A DNA stretch of 64,000 bases. It comes from an uncultured delta proteobacterium (GTDB lineage Bacteria; Myxococcota; Kuafuiibacteriia; Kuafuiibacteriales; Kuafuiibacteriaceae). Of this stretch, positions 9,993-19,796 are shown piece by piece. How positions within the stretch are numbered: position 1 is the stretch's first letter; each line of letters opens with the position of its first letter. A program made the translations under genes and the position numbers. Location of the stretch: positions 1 through 64,000 of the forward strand of contig CAWDML010000004.1 in the NCBI GenBank assembly GCA_963803435.1, in the 5' to 3' direction. The notes beneath the pieces were generated by a model. The model ran no database searches. It was not told where the DNA came from and was given only the letters and a program-made list of their open reading frames with translations.

Positions 9993-10053
9993 TGTTTCCG
10001 TGACCGTGACCGTGACGGTGACGGTGACGGTGACGGTGACGTGGGCGGTGACG
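9993..10053. repeat. Right arm of the palindromic array: TGTTTCCG then (GTGACC/GTGACG)n
   Basis: Directly visible tandem hexamers. Confidence 0.9.
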
Positions 10054-10061
10054 CCCCTCGG

Positions 10062-10092
10062 AAAAGGTCTGATCGCACGAAGTGCGATCAGA
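10062..10092 (-). terminator. Probable intrinsic terminator overlapping the DUF4388 gene stop
   Basis: Perfect 11-bp stem TCTGATCGCAC/GTGCGATCAGA followed by CCTTTT on the minus strand. Confidence 0.5.
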
Positions 10093-11206
10093 GCTTGATC
10101 AACCCCTCACCCTTGAACCGCCTCAAAATCTCCAACGCCTCGATGTCGTGCATCGGGCTCAGCTGAATGATCGCATCCACCGTCCGACACCCGTCGATCC
10201 GCGCCAGCAGGTACCGCTCCTTCGCGCTGAACCGCTTCCGCTCGTGCGCGCTCAGCTCGCGCACCAGCGTCGGAACCGCATACCTCGCCAGCTCCCGCTC
10301 CATCTTCTGCCTGGCCGTGACGTGGACCTCCTCCTTGAGTGCGCCATACGAGGGGTCGTCCGGATTCTGGCGGGCCCCGCGCTCGACGTGCTCGAGCGCC
10401 TGGCCGTAGGCATCGGAGGCGATGGCCTCGCGCGCGAGATCCGCGTGGGTCCGACCCTGGGCGGGGATCATCACCTGGGAGGGGAGGCCGACCGAGGGCT
10501 CGCGCGCGTGCACGATGCCGGCCCGGTGGAGATCGTAGAGGCGCACCGCCATCTGGTAGTCGGTGGCGTGGAGCTCGAGCGCGAGGGCCTCGATGCTGAT
10601 GCCCTGTCGGGCCAGGCTGAGGATGCGTTCGTCGAGCGGGTCGGTCGGGACGCCCGCCGGGATCCGGGTCTCGTCGAGGTAGAGGACGTGCTGAGGGTTC
10701 GGGAAGACGCGGTAGTACTGGTCCCAGGTGCCGGAGCGGGCGACGCCCTCGCGGTGGATGTCGAGGAGCGGGACCGACACCCGGACCTCGTGGCGAGGCT
10801 CTTCCCCGCGCGGATCCGACGAGAAAAAGAAGCGCCCGGTCGCCCAGCGGAAGCTGTCGAGGGCGGTCTCCGCGATCTTCACCTTGAGGACCTGGACCAC
10901 GCGCTCCTCGGAGATCGCCTCGATCATGACGAGGATCTTCCCCAGTCGTACCTGGGTCTCCATCTGGGTGGCGAAGGCGCGCCGGAGCTGCTCCTCGGAG
11001 ACCAGCCCGAAGTGGATGAGGAACTGCCCGAAGTGCTCCCGCGGCTCGTTCGAGGAGGCTCGCACCACCGACCCGTGCTCGATCGTGAGCTCCTTGTGGA
11101 CGGTCCCCAGCTCGGCCACCAGCAGGCCGTTCATCTGGCGATTTGCGAGCCAGACGAGCAGATCCGACAGGGGCATCAGCGAGATGTCACCGCTGAGTTG
11201 ACCCAT
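10088..11206 (-). CDS. DUF4388 (PATAN-like) domain protein
   Basis: N-terminal 'LSGDISLMPLSDLLVWLANRQMNGLL', 'FGQFLIHFGLVSEEQL', 'FRWATGRFFF'. Confidence 0.8.
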   Translation of the reverse strand: MGQLSGDISLMPLSDLLVWLANRQMNGLLVAELGTVHKELTIEHGSVVRASSNEPREHFGQFLIHFGLVSEEQLRRAFATQMETQVRLGKILVMIEAISEERVVQVLKVKIAETALDSFRWATGRFFFSSDPRGEEPRHEVRVSVPLLDIHREGVARSGTWDQYYRVFPNPQHVLYLDETRIPAGVPTDPLDERILSLARQGISIEALALELHATDYQMAVRLYDLHRAGIVHAREPSVGLPSQVMIPAQGRTHADLAREAIASDAYGQALEHVERGARQNPDDPSYGALKEEVHVTARQKMERELARYAVPTLVRELSAHERKRFSAKERYLLARIDGCRTVDAIIQLSPMHDIEALEILRRFKGEGLIKL

Positions 11207-11235
11207 AACCCGTTCCGCGTGGGAGTATCACCTTC

Positions 11236-12138
11236 GTGGCATCTCGAGTCACCGTATACGTCAAGCCCGAGTGCGGACTCTGCGGCCCCGTCTGGAAGAC
11301 GGTACAGAAGGTCCGAGAGGACGTCGACTTCGTGGCTGAGAAGATCGACATCGCGAAGGACGCCGAGCTGCTGAAGAAGTACGGGCTCGAAGTTCCGGTC
11401 GTGATGATCAACGGCAGGAAGGCCTTCAAGGGCGCGATGACGGAGCAGGCCTTCAAGAAGAAGCTCCATCGCCTCTCGGCGCACGCGTCCGAAGGCGCCG
11501 GCGACGACGACGAGGGGCTCGTGCTCGAGCCGCCGCCGTTCATCCCTTCGCCCACCATCATCATTCTGTTCCTCGCTCTCGCGCTCGCCGGCGCCGGCTG
11601 GTTCGTCGTCCAAGGGATGAACGATGCCCAGCTCGGCCGCGGGCGACTGGCCTCCACACTCTTCCGCGTGGATCGAGCGCAGCGCGACCGTGCGGTCGAC
11701 TTCGATCTCCAGACGCTCGACGGCCGAAAGGTCGCCTTGAGCGATTTCCGTGGCAAGGTCCTCTTCATCAACTTCTGGGCGACCTGGTGCCCGCCCTGTA
11801 TCGAGGAGCTCCCCTCGATGAAGCGCTTCTACGAGAAGATGAAGGGCGATCCACGGTTCGCGTTCGTGGCGATCTCGGCGGACGACGGGTGGGATCCCGT
11901 CCGGAGATTCTTCGAGAAGGAGGCGCCGCCGTTCACCGTTCTGCTGGACGAGTCGGGCAAGATCGCGCGCGAGTACGGCACCGAGAAGTTCCCGGAGACG
12001 TACGTCGTGATCGACGGCCGGATCGTCGGCTACATCATCGGGCCCCGCGACTGGGACACCTGGTACGCCGAAGCTTACGCGCGGGCCGTGCTCGATCACG
12101 GCGCCGAGCTCCGCCAGGATCAGATCGCGCTGCGGTAG
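11236..12138 (+). CDS. Glutaredoxin-like domain + TM helix + TlpA-family thiol-disulfide oxidoreductase fusion
   Basis: N-terminal CGLC and 'VPVVMING'; one TM; 'GKVLFINFWATWCPPC'. Confidence 0.85.
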   Translation: MASRVTVYVKPECGLCGPVWKTVQKVREDVDFVAEKIDIAKDAELLKKYGLEVPVVMINGRKAFKGAMTEQAFKKKLHRLSAHASEGAGDDDEGLVLEPPPFIPSPTIIILFLALALAGAGWFVVQGMNDAQLGRGRLASTLFRVDRAQRDRAVDFDLQTLDGRKVALSDFRGKVLFINFWATWCPPCIEELPSMKRFYEKMKGDPRFAFVAISADDGWDPVRRFFEKEAPPFTVLLDESGKIAREYGTEKFPETYVVIDGRIVGYIIGPRDWDTWYAEAYARAVLDHGAELRQDQIALR

Positions 12139-12146
12139 CACACGGA

Positions 12147-14660
12147 TCACCCCATCGCTGCCAGGTAGCGGGACAGCTCCTCGACGAAGGCGACGCGCTT
12201 CGACTCGTCGGCGACCTCGTACCCCGATGACTCGCGCGACAGGATCCCGTCCTCTGTCAGCAGCTTGATCGCCGAGGCGACCGTCAGCTTGTTCGCCGCC
12301 TCCGCCCGCACGACGCGGCCCTCGAGGATCTGCTTCTTGGCCCGCCCCAGCACGACCGCCGAGAGCCGCTTCTCGCTCGCCGGCAGCACGTCGAGGCACT
12401 CCGCGGTGAGCCGGTAGGACTCGAAGAAGACGCCGATCATGCTGGCGATGAGCGCCGCCTCTTCGCGGCCGACCAGCGTGATCGTCCAGGTCTCGTCGCC
12501 GTCCTCGGTCCGGACGTCCAGCGTGCGCCGCGACTCGAGGAAGGCGCCGGCCTGGCGGAGGTTCTCGTCGAAGCCGCGATCGGCGCGGAAGGAGAACTCG
12601 AACTTCAGGAGGTGCGAGATGCGCCGTCCGGTCTCCGCGATGTCGGCGTACTTCGCCGACGGCGCCGTCATCACGGCCAGCATCGCGATCGCGTGCGGGA
12701 CGAAGAAGTGGATGATGTTGTTCTTGTAGTAGTCGAGGGCGCGCCGGCCCTCCTCGCCGACCTGGAGGACGGTGTCGCCGTCGGGCGCCAGCACGGTGCT
12801 GATCAGGCCGTCCGACTGGAGCCGCTCCAGCGCCTCGCGGATCGCGGGCCTCCGTGTCGATCCCTCGAGCGACGGCGAGCGGCGGGCGCCGAGGCTCTCC
12901 AGAACGTCCAGCGTCCGGTCGACGTTCTTGTACATCTCTTCCTCGCCGAGCCCGCGGTGTGCGCGCGAGAGGAGCACGAGCGCGGAGACGGAGGTGGGAG
13001 TGACGCGCGTGGCGTGGTTGATGCCGTAGACGATGCGATGTCCGAGCTGAGTGACGAGCTGGCGCCGGGGACCGTCGGGGGCCTCCGGATCGTGCGGCTT
13101 GCCGATCTCGTACCCGCGAGAGGCCGCGAAGACGCGCATCGAGATCGGCTCCGCGAAGTCGACGAAGACGCGCCCGTACTTCGAGCGGAGCACCTTGGTC
13201 GACGACCCCAGCAGCGCGCCCATCGCCTCCTTCTTCTTCTGTTCGCCCTCGAGCTCCTTCCAGTACGACTTCCCCTCGATCACCTTCTCGTAGCTGATCG
13301 ACGCGGGGATGAAGTGGACGTCGGGGACCTCGGCGTCGAGCACCGGGTCGACGCACATGGAGAGCATTCCCATCCGCGGCGGGAGGATCTTGCCGGTTCG
13401 ACTGCGCCCGCCCTCGATGAAGAACTCGATCGCGTTGCCCTCCCTGAGCAGCCGGCGCACGTAGGCGGCGAACACCTCCGAGTAGAGCTTGTCGCCCTTG
13501 AAGCTGCGCCGGAGGAAGAAGGCGCCCGAGCGCCGGAAGATGAAGCCGAGTGGCCAGAAGTTGAGGTTGTCGCCGGCCGCGATGCAGGGCGGCGCGATCC
13601 CGTCCTTGAAGAAGATCTGCGACATCACCAGGTAGTCGATGTGGCTCTTGTGGCTCGGGACCAGCACGACCGGGCCCTTGCGCGCGGCGTCGCGGACGCG
13701 GTTCAGGCCCTCGGCGTCGACGATGATGCCGTCGTAGATGCGGCTCCAGATGATGTCGAGGGTCGCGTCCACCACCCGGATCCAGCCGTAGCGGAGATCC
13801 GCGGCCATCGCCCGGATGATCGATCCGGCGCGCTTCTCGACGGCGTCGCGGGTGTCGCCCTTCTCGACGGCGCGGTCGATCTCCTGCCGCACGGCCGGAT
13901 CGTGGAGCACGCGCTCGCGGGTCCGGGCCGGCGGCACGCGCAGAGGCCCGGTGCGTACCCGGTCCTCCCGGGCCAGGTGGTTGAGGATCGCCCAGCGGAT
14001 CTTCTTCGCGATGACGCGGTCGGGGCGGCCCTCCTCCCGCTCGAGCACCGCGCGGACGTCGACCGGCGCGCCCACGTGGAACCGGGCGGTGTCGTACCAC
14101 CAGAAGAATCCGATCAGCTCCCGCAGCCGTCCGGGCGCCTCCCGATCGCCGAAGATGGTGTCGACGATCGTGCGCCGGAGACCGATCGGCTGCTTGGTGC
14201 CGAGGAGCGCCTCCGGCAGCAGGAGCAGCGGGCGATCGAGCTGGCGCTGGAGCGCGATCAGGGTCTCGAAGTAGCGCTCGGAGTACGTGGGGTTGGGGCT
14301 GATCAGCGTCCGGGGCCGGCGCAGAAAGAGCAGAGAGGGACACCCGGCTGCTACCGTCGCCGAGAGATCCTCGACCGTCGGCGCCAGCTGCGAGAGGTAG
14401 TGGTCGTGCATCCAGGCCGGCGGCGGTAGGCCCAGATGATCGAGGGCGTACAAGAGGAAGGTCGGATCCAAGACGCGGTGCGAGCGAAAGCAGTGGACGA
14501 CGATGCCCCGCTCGTAGGCGTCGCGGAGCCGCTCGGTTGCCTCGGCGCCCACGCGGACCTGGGCGAAGAACGGCGCGAGGAGTCGCCCCAGCAGACCGCC
14601 TCTCTTCGGTGGCGACACCAGCGCGGGTGCGGTCTGGACCGTGGGCAAGCGCGTCGTCAC
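12147..14660 (-). CDS. plsB: Glycerol-3-phosphate acyltransferase (PlsB-like); start uncertain
   Basis: 'PSHKSHIDY', 'AAGDNL', 'GAFFLRRSF', 'FFIEGGRSRTGK'. Confidence 0.85.
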   Translation of the reverse strand: MTTRLPTVQTAPALVSPPKRGGLLGRLLAPFFAQVRVGAEATERLRDAYERGIVVHCFRSHRVLDPTFLLYALDHLGLPPPAWMHDHYLSQLAPTVEDLSATVAAGCPSLLFLRRPRTLISPNPTYSERYFETLIALQRQLDRPLLLLPEALLGTKQPIGLRRTIVDTIFGDREAPGRLRELIGFFWWYDTARFHVGAPVDVRAVLEREEGRPDRVIAKKIRWAILNHLAREDRVRTGPLRVPPARTRERVLHDPAVRQEIDRAVEKGDTRDAVEKRAGSIIRAMAADLRYGWIRVVDATLDIIWSRIYDGIIVDAEGLNRVRDAARKGPVVLVPSHKSHIDYLVMSQIFFKDGIAPPCIAAGDNLNFWPLGFIFRRSGAFFLRRSFKGDKLYSEVFAAYVRRLLREGNAIEFFIEGGRSRTGKILPPRMGMLSMCVDPVLDAEVPDVHFIPASISYEKVIEGKSYWKELEGEQKKKEAMGALLGSSTKVLRSKYGRVFVDFAEPISMRVFAASRGYEIGKPHDPEAPDGPRRQLVTQLGHRIVYGINHATRVTPTSVSALVLLSRAHRGLGEEEMYKNVDRTLDVLESLGARRSPSLEGSTRRPAIREALERLQSDGLISTVLAPDGDTVLQVGEEGRRALDYYKNNIIHFFVPHAIAMLAVMTAPSAKYADIAETGRRISHLLKFEFSFRADRGFDENLRQAGAFLESRRTLDVRTEDGDETWTITLVGREEAALIASMIGVFFESYRLTAECLDVLPASEKRLSAVVLGRAKKQILEGRVVRAEAANKLTVASAIKLLTEDGILSRESSGYEVADESKRVAFVEELSRYLAAMG

Positions 14661-14807
14661 GAACCAGTGTGAGAGAGAACCATACCCTCGGGTCGCCGCA
14701 AAGCATCTGCGATAGAGCCAAGTCCTGGGTAGCCGTGAGGGAGGCCGCATGCTAGCGTTTCGCCCGACCGAACGGGGGCTCACAGGGTGGGTCTCCTGCC
14801 GCCTTCC

Positions 14808-16757
14808 ATGCGCGCCTGGTGTCCCCACTGCGGTGCTCTCAACGAGTTCGACCGCCCCCCGACGACTGCGATCGTCTACTGCCAGCACTGCCGGAAGCCG
14901 TTCGGGGCGGCGGCGCTGACCACCTCCAGCACGCCGCCCGCCGACCGCCGAAAAGGCTCGAATCCGCCGCCGCGTAGGACCTCCAACCCAGGTACCCCGC
15001 CGACCGGCGTGCCGAAGCCCACGCCGCGGCCCCTCTTCGCGCCGGACGATCTCGGGCGCGAGCCCACGACCCCGTTTCGCAAGCGACAGAGCCCGGCGGT
15101 GGCCGCGGCGGTCATCGTCCCCAAGGGCCGGACGACCTCGAACACCGGGCCGGTCGCGAAGATCGTCTACCGGAGCCCGGACGGCCTGGAGACCGACTTC
15201 GTCCTCGATCCGATCAACACCGTGGGGCGGCACCCGAAGAACAAGATCCGGCTGAACGATCGCGAGATCTCGAAGGAGCACGCGATCATCGAGCGGCGCA
15301 CCAACGAGTGGTGGATCAAGGACCTCCGCTCCTCCAACGGGACGTACATCAACAGCCGGCGCGTCACCGAGCACAAGCTCCAGCACGACGACGAGATCCT
15401 GCTGGGCTCGATGCGCCTGATGTTCGTGATCGAGAGCGGCGACGAGAAGCGCGACTCGGTCCGGGACCTGGTGACGATCCTCCCGCAGGATCCAGCGGGA
15501 ACGACGCACATCCACGCCAAGATCGAGGAGGACGAGGAGCAAGACTTCCGCCCGGTCACGGAGGTCAACGACCTCGAAGTGCTGCGTCAGGACTACGAGA
15601 AGCTGCGCCTGACGCACGAGCTCTCGCGGATCGGGCTGGTGACGGATCTGTCGGTGCTGCTCAACCGCACGCTCGAGGTCGTCTTCTCCATGCTCCGCGC
15701 GGACAACGCGGTGATCATGCTCGTGGACGAGGAGACCAACACGCTGGTCCCGCACACGGTCAAGCAGCGGAACCCGGATCAGCAGAAGCAGGAGATCCTC
15801 CTCTCATCGACGATCGTGAACGCGGCGCTCCAGGAGCGCGCTTCGATCCTCTCCTCCGACGCGTTCCTCGACCCTCGCTTCTCGGGCTCCCAGTCGATCA
15901 TTGCGCAGGGCATCCGCGCCGCCATGTGCGTGCCGCTGGTCGCCCACGACAAGGTCCTCGGCCTGATGCACCTCGACTCGCGCGAGCGCGTGGGCGCCTT
16001 CGTCGAGAAAGACCTGCAGCTCCTCAAGTCGATCGCGCTCCAGACCGCCATCCAGATCGAGAACGCACGCCTCATCCGCCAGATCGAGGAAGAGGCGAAG
16101 ACGCGCATGCAGCTCAACCGGTTCCTGCCGCCCCACGTGGTGGACGAGATGGTGGCGGGCGGCGGCAAGCCCATCCAGAAGGGCGGCCGCGAGGTCGAGG
16201 CCTCCGTGCTGTTCTCGGACATCCGCGGCTTCACTCCGATGTCCGAAAACTCGGGACCGCAGGAGATCGTCGATCTGCTCAACGACTACTTCGAGCGGCT
16301 GGTCGAGGTGGTCTTCAAGCGCCATGGCGTCCTCGACAAGTTCATCGGCGACGCGTTGATGGCCTCCTGGGGAACGCTCGAGGGCTCCGACCTACGGGAG
16401 AACGTGTATCACTGTGTCGCCGCGGCGATCGATTTTCGCGATACCATCCGGGACCTCAACATGGAGCGCCAGGAGCAAGGACTCGATCCCATCCGGATGG
16501 GCGTCGGCGTCAACACGGGGAAGCTGGTCGCCGGATACATGGGGGCGAAGAAGCGGCTCGAGTACACGGTCATCGGCGACACGGTGAACACGGCGTCGCG
16601 GCTGTGCGGGCTCGCGGACGGCGATCAGGTGATCATCTCGGAGAGCACGTACCGCTACGTGAAGGATCGGGTCGAGGCGCGCTATCTCGGGTCGAGGCAG
16701 GTCAAGGGAAGGGAGCAGGAGGTGGGCGTGTATGACGTCGCCCGGATCCTCGGCTAG
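14808..16757 (+). CDS. Zn-ribbon-FHA-GAF class III adenylate cyclase
   Basis: CPHC..CQHC; FHA 'VGR..ISKEHA..SSNGTYIN'; GAF; 'LFSDIRGFT', 'DKFIGD', 'GDTVNTASRL'. Confidence 0.92.
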   Translation: MRAWCPHCGALNEFDRPPTTAIVYCQHCRKPFGAAALTTSSTPPADRRKGSNPPPRRTSNPGTPPTGVPKPTPRPLFAPDDLGREPTTPFRKRQSPAVAAAVIVPKGRTTSNTGPVAKIVYRSPDGLETDFVLDPINTVGRHPKNKIRLNDREISKEHAIIERRTNEWWIKDLRSSNGTYINSRRVTEHKLQHDDEILLGSMRLMFVIESGDEKRDSVRDLVTILPQDPAGTTHIHAKIEEDEEQDFRPVTEVNDLEVLRQDYEKLRLTHELSRIGLVTDLSVLLNRTLEVVFSMLRADNAVIMLVDEETNTLVPHTVKQRNPDQQKQEILLSSTIVNAALQERASILSSDAFLDPRFSGSQSIIAQGIRAAMCVPLVAHDKVLGLMHLDSRERVGAFVEKDLQLLKSIALQTAIQIENARLIRQIEEEAKTRMQLNRFLPPHVVDEMVAGGGKPIQKGGREVEASVLFSDIRGFTPMSENSGPQEIVDLLNDYFERLVEVVFKRHGVLDKFIGDALMASWGTLEGSDLRENVYHCVAAAIDFRDTIRDLNMERQEQGLDPIRMGVGVNTGKLVAGYMGAKKRLEYTVIGDTVNTASRLCGLADGDQVIISESTYRYVKDRVEARYLGSRQVKGREQEVGVYDVARILG

Positions 16758-16761
16758 GTTG

Positions 16762-17814
16762 ATGGTGTTGGCTAGGCGGCAGGTCGTTCAGCGCTGTCCC
16801 AATTGCAGTGCCAAGTACGATGTTGGGATCTACGTCTCGGGACAGAAGGTGCGGTGCCGTCGCTGCGGTATCAAGTTTGCGGTGGTCCGCAATGACACCC
16901 AGCCCGGATCGAACCCTCCGGCGGGGGACGCGGAGGCCAAGGGCGACGCGCTTCCCGGCGAGGCGCCAGCGCCGCGGCCGCAGACCAAGCAGCACCGGAC
17001 CGCGCAGAACGACATCGCTGTCGGGACCATCCTGGGCGGCTACCAGATCGGACCGGTGCTCGGTCGCGGCGCGATGGGGACCGTGTATCGCGGCACCCAG
17101 CTCTCGCTCGATCGGCCCGTCGCAGTGAAGGTGATGAGCTCGGATCTGGTGAACCAGCCCGAGTTCATCCAGCGCTTCCGCCGCGAGGCCGCCGCGCTGG
17201 CCTCGCTGGCGCATACGCACGTCGTCTCGATCATCGACCAAGGTAACGTCGATCATCACTTCTACTTCGTCATGGAGTTCATCGACGGCCCCACGCTCCG
17301 CCGTCTACTGTCGCAACGTGCCTTGCGCTTGCAGCAAGCGTACGAGCTGGCGATCCAGATCGGCCGCGGGCTCGACTACGCCCACAGCAAGGGCGTGGTG
17401 CACCGCGATCTCAAGCCGGAGAACGTACTGCTCCAGGACGCCGGCGCCGACGGACAGGTGGCGAAGATCGTCGACTTCGGTCTCGCCGACATCCTCTACA
17501 GCGATCGCTCCTACGTGAACCTCACCGGGAGCCGCATCTCGATGGGGACCGTGAACTACATGGCGCCGGAGCAGCGCCAGGACGCCGGCCGCGTCGATCA
17601 GCGCGCCGATGTGTACTCCTATGGGGTCCTCCTCTACGAGATGTTCACGGGCGAGCTGCCGATCGGGCGCTATCAGGATCCGTCGAAGCGCAACAAGCAG
17701 CTCGATCGACGTGTCGATCCGGTGATCATGAAGGCGCTCGAGCCCGACGCCCGGCGCCGCTATCCGCGCGTTCGCGAGCTGCTCTCGGTCTTGGAGCAAG
17801 TCACCCGCACGTAG
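16762..17814 (+). CDS. Ser/Thr protein kinase with N-terminal Zn ribbon
   Basis: CPNC..CRRC; GRGAMG, VAVK, HRDLKPEN, DFG, YMAPE. Confidence 0.93.
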   Translation: MVLARRQVVQRCPNCSAKYDVGIYVSGQKVRCRRCGIKFAVVRNDTQPGSNPPAGDAEAKGDALPGEAPAPRPQTKQHRTAQNDIAVGTILGGYQIGPVLGRGAMGTVYRGTQLSLDRPVAVKVMSSDLVNQPEFIQRFRREAAALASLAHTHVVSIIDQGNVDHHFYFVMEFIDGPTLRRLLSQRALRLQQAYELAIQIGRGLDYAHSKGVVHRDLKPENVLLQDAGADGQVAKIVDFGLADILYSDRSYVNLTGSRISMGTVNYMAPEQRQDAGRVDQRADVYSYGVLLYEMFTGELPIGRYQDPSKRNKQLDRRVDPVIMKALEPDARRRYPRVRELLSVLEQVTRT

Positions 17815-17872
17815 GCAAATGTCGTTGCCAACCCGGCTCGATTGGCTTAGAGGCTCCCGAGCAAGGAATTGA

Positions 17873-18376
17873 ATGCACAGCCTCCGTGATCACCTTCTGA
17901 AGGCCGGCCTCGTCACCAAAGAGCAAGTCGCCAAAGCCGAGGCGGACAAGCGCGGCCACAAGAAGAAGAAGCGCCGCCCCCCCAAGAAGAACGACATGCC
18001 CTCCGGCGCGCAGCCCGCACCGGCCCGACCCAACGAACCGCACCGAATGATGGATCTGTCCGATCCGCTGCGGCTCAAGCTGGCCCAGGCGATAGAGTCG
18101 CACCGTGTGCGCGGTGAGACTCGCGGCGAGATCGCGTTCAACTTCACCCTGCGGGACGGGCGAATTCGCAAGATGTTCGTCTCGAAGGAGATGCAGGCCG
18201 GGCTGGAGCGCGGCGATCTCGCGATCGTCGAGAACGGAGAGGTGGAGCGGCACATCATCGTCTCCTCCGAGGCCCTCGGTTCGATCGCCGACATCGATCG
18301 CGACGCGGTCCGCTTCCACAACGAGCCGGTCGCCCCCCTCCCGGCCGAGCCTTCCGAAGCGCGCCCGGCTTGCTGA
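17873..18376 (+). CDS. DUF2058-family protein
   Basis: N-terminal 'SLRDHLLKAGLV', 'GEIAFNFT', 'L.RG.LAIV'. Confidence 0.7.
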   Translation: MHSLRDHLLKAGLVTKEQVAKAEADKRGHKKKKRRPPKKNDMPSGAQPAPARPNEPHRMMDLSDPLRLKLAQAIESHRVRGETRGEIAFNFTLRDGRIRKMFVSKEMQAGLERGDLAIVENGEVERHIIVSSEALGSIADIDRDAVRFHNEPVAPLPAEPSEARPAC

Positions 18377-19512
18377 TCTCCCCCGAGCGATACCTCCTGA
18401 CTGGCGCCACCGGGTTCCTCGGACGCGAGGTGCTCGTCCGACTCCTCGCCGAGGGCAAGCCGGTGCTGGTCACCACCCGCCCCCGCGAGGGTGAGCGCCT
18501 CGACGCCGCGCGCGCCCGCATCGTCCGGATGATCGAGTCGACCGCGCCCGACGTCCCGCAGGCGCAGCTCGAGGTGGCGTTCGCCGACGTCACCCAGCCC
18601 GAGCTCGGGCTCGACGCCGGCGTGCACGCCGCGCTCCTCGCGGGCGGCCCCGTCCAGATCGTTCACGGCGCCGCCGAGGTCCGCTTCAATCTCCCCTTCG
18701 AGGTGATGGAGCAGCAGAATGTCGGTGGGACCCGGAACGTCCTGGCGCTTGCCCGCACGCTGGCGGAGCGCGGCCGTCTCTCCCGCCTCGATCATGTCTC
18801 CACCGCCTTCGTCGCCGGCGATCGCTCCGATGTGGCCCTCGAGACCGACCTCGACGTCGGCCAGCGCTCGCGCAACGACTACGAGCGGACCAAGCTCCTC
18901 GCCGAAATCGAGGTGCGACGCGCCATCGACGCCGGTCTTCCCATCACCGTCCATCGTCCTTCGATCATCGTCGGTGACTCCCGGACCGGTCGCGCCTCCA
19001 GCTTCAAGGTCCTCTACTGGCCCATGAAGGTCTACGCGCGCGGCCGCTGGCGCACGATCTTCGGCCGTCGCGACTGCACCGTCGACGCCGTCCCCGTCGA
19101 CTACGTCGCCGACGCCATGGTCGCGCTGATGAAGCGCCCCGAGGCCACCCATCGCACGTTCCATCTCGCCGCCGGGACCGATCGCCAGTCGACGATCGGC
19201 GAGCTGGTCGCGCTGGCCGAGCAGGTGTTCGAGCAGAAGCCGGTCCGCTACGTCGATCCCCAGATCTACCTGCGCTGGATCCGCCCGCTCCTCCGCCCGC
19301 TCCTGATGCTGTTCCGCCCTGACGTCGCGCGCCGCGGCGGCGTCTATCTCCCGTACCTCGAGCGGAACCCCAGCTTCTCCACGCGCGAGGCCGAGTCGCT
19401 GCTCCCGATCGCGCCGCCCAAGGTGACGGACTATTTCGGCGTCATCCTCCGCTACGCGCATCGCTCCGACTTCGGGCGGCGCGAGTTCGAGCTCCCGGCC
19501 GGCTGCCCGTGA
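18370..19512 (+). CDS. Extended SDR / fatty acyl-CoA reductase-like oxidoreductase
   Basis: 'LLTGATGFLG', 'HVSTAFVAG', 'YERTK', 'RPSIIVGDS'. Confidence 0.88.
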   Translation: MLISPERYLLTGATGFLGREVLVRLLAEGKPVLVTTRPREGERLDAARARIVRMIESTAPDVPQAQLEVAFADVTQPELGLDAGVHAALLAGGPVQIVHGAAEVRFNLPFEVMEQQNVGGTRNVLALARTLAERGRLSRLDHVSTAFVAGDRSDVALETDLDVGQRSRNDYERTKLLAEIEVRRAIDAGLPITVHRPSIIVGDSRTGRASSFKVLYWPMKVYARGRWRTIFGRRDCTVDAVPVDYVADAMVALMKRPEATHRTFHLAAGTDRQSTIGELVALAEQVFEQKPVRYVDPQIYLRWIRPLLRPLLMLFRPDVARRGGVYLPYLERNPSFSTREAESLLPIAPPKVTDYFGVILRYAHRSDFGRREFELPAGCP

Positions 19513-19582
19513 ACGGGGCTTGGCTCGCGAAGAAGTATTCCGTGTTGCACTTGTTCTGGCATTCGCTGTTCGTCTTCAGCTC

Positions 19583-19711
19583 ATGAAGGGCGATGTCATC
19601 GCGGATCGGTTGCTCAGGTTTGCGAAGCGCGTTCTTCGGCTGTGTCGCGAACTCGCGAAGGACTTCGCTGGCCAGCATGTCGCTCGCCGCGCCGCCGGAT
19701 GTGAGGGGTGA
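19583..19711 (+). pseudogene. Four-helix-bundle protein N-terminal remnant
   Basis: 'MKGDVIADRLLRFAKRVLRLCRELAKDFAGQHVAR' resembles the family's first helices; truncated. Confidence 0.55.
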
Positions 19712-19796
19712 TGCGGCGTGATCGAACAACGGTTTCGACATCTGCGTAGTCGCCGAAAAACGGAACAGCGAACGATTCGGAGGTTCTCGGCCCGTT

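Noticed and set aside
14066-14083. parS-like site CCACGTGGAAC inside plsB
   Set aside because: Only one arm matches the 16-bp palindrome and the sequence is explained by coding.
11176-15755. Very long alternative-frame or antisense ORFs (e.g. 11176-14721 and the upstream extension of plsB; likewise 34343-37210 and 56642-60079)
   Set aside because: Typical shadow ORFs of high-GC DNA: Arg/Pro/Ala-rich, without motifs, and overlapping well-supported genes.
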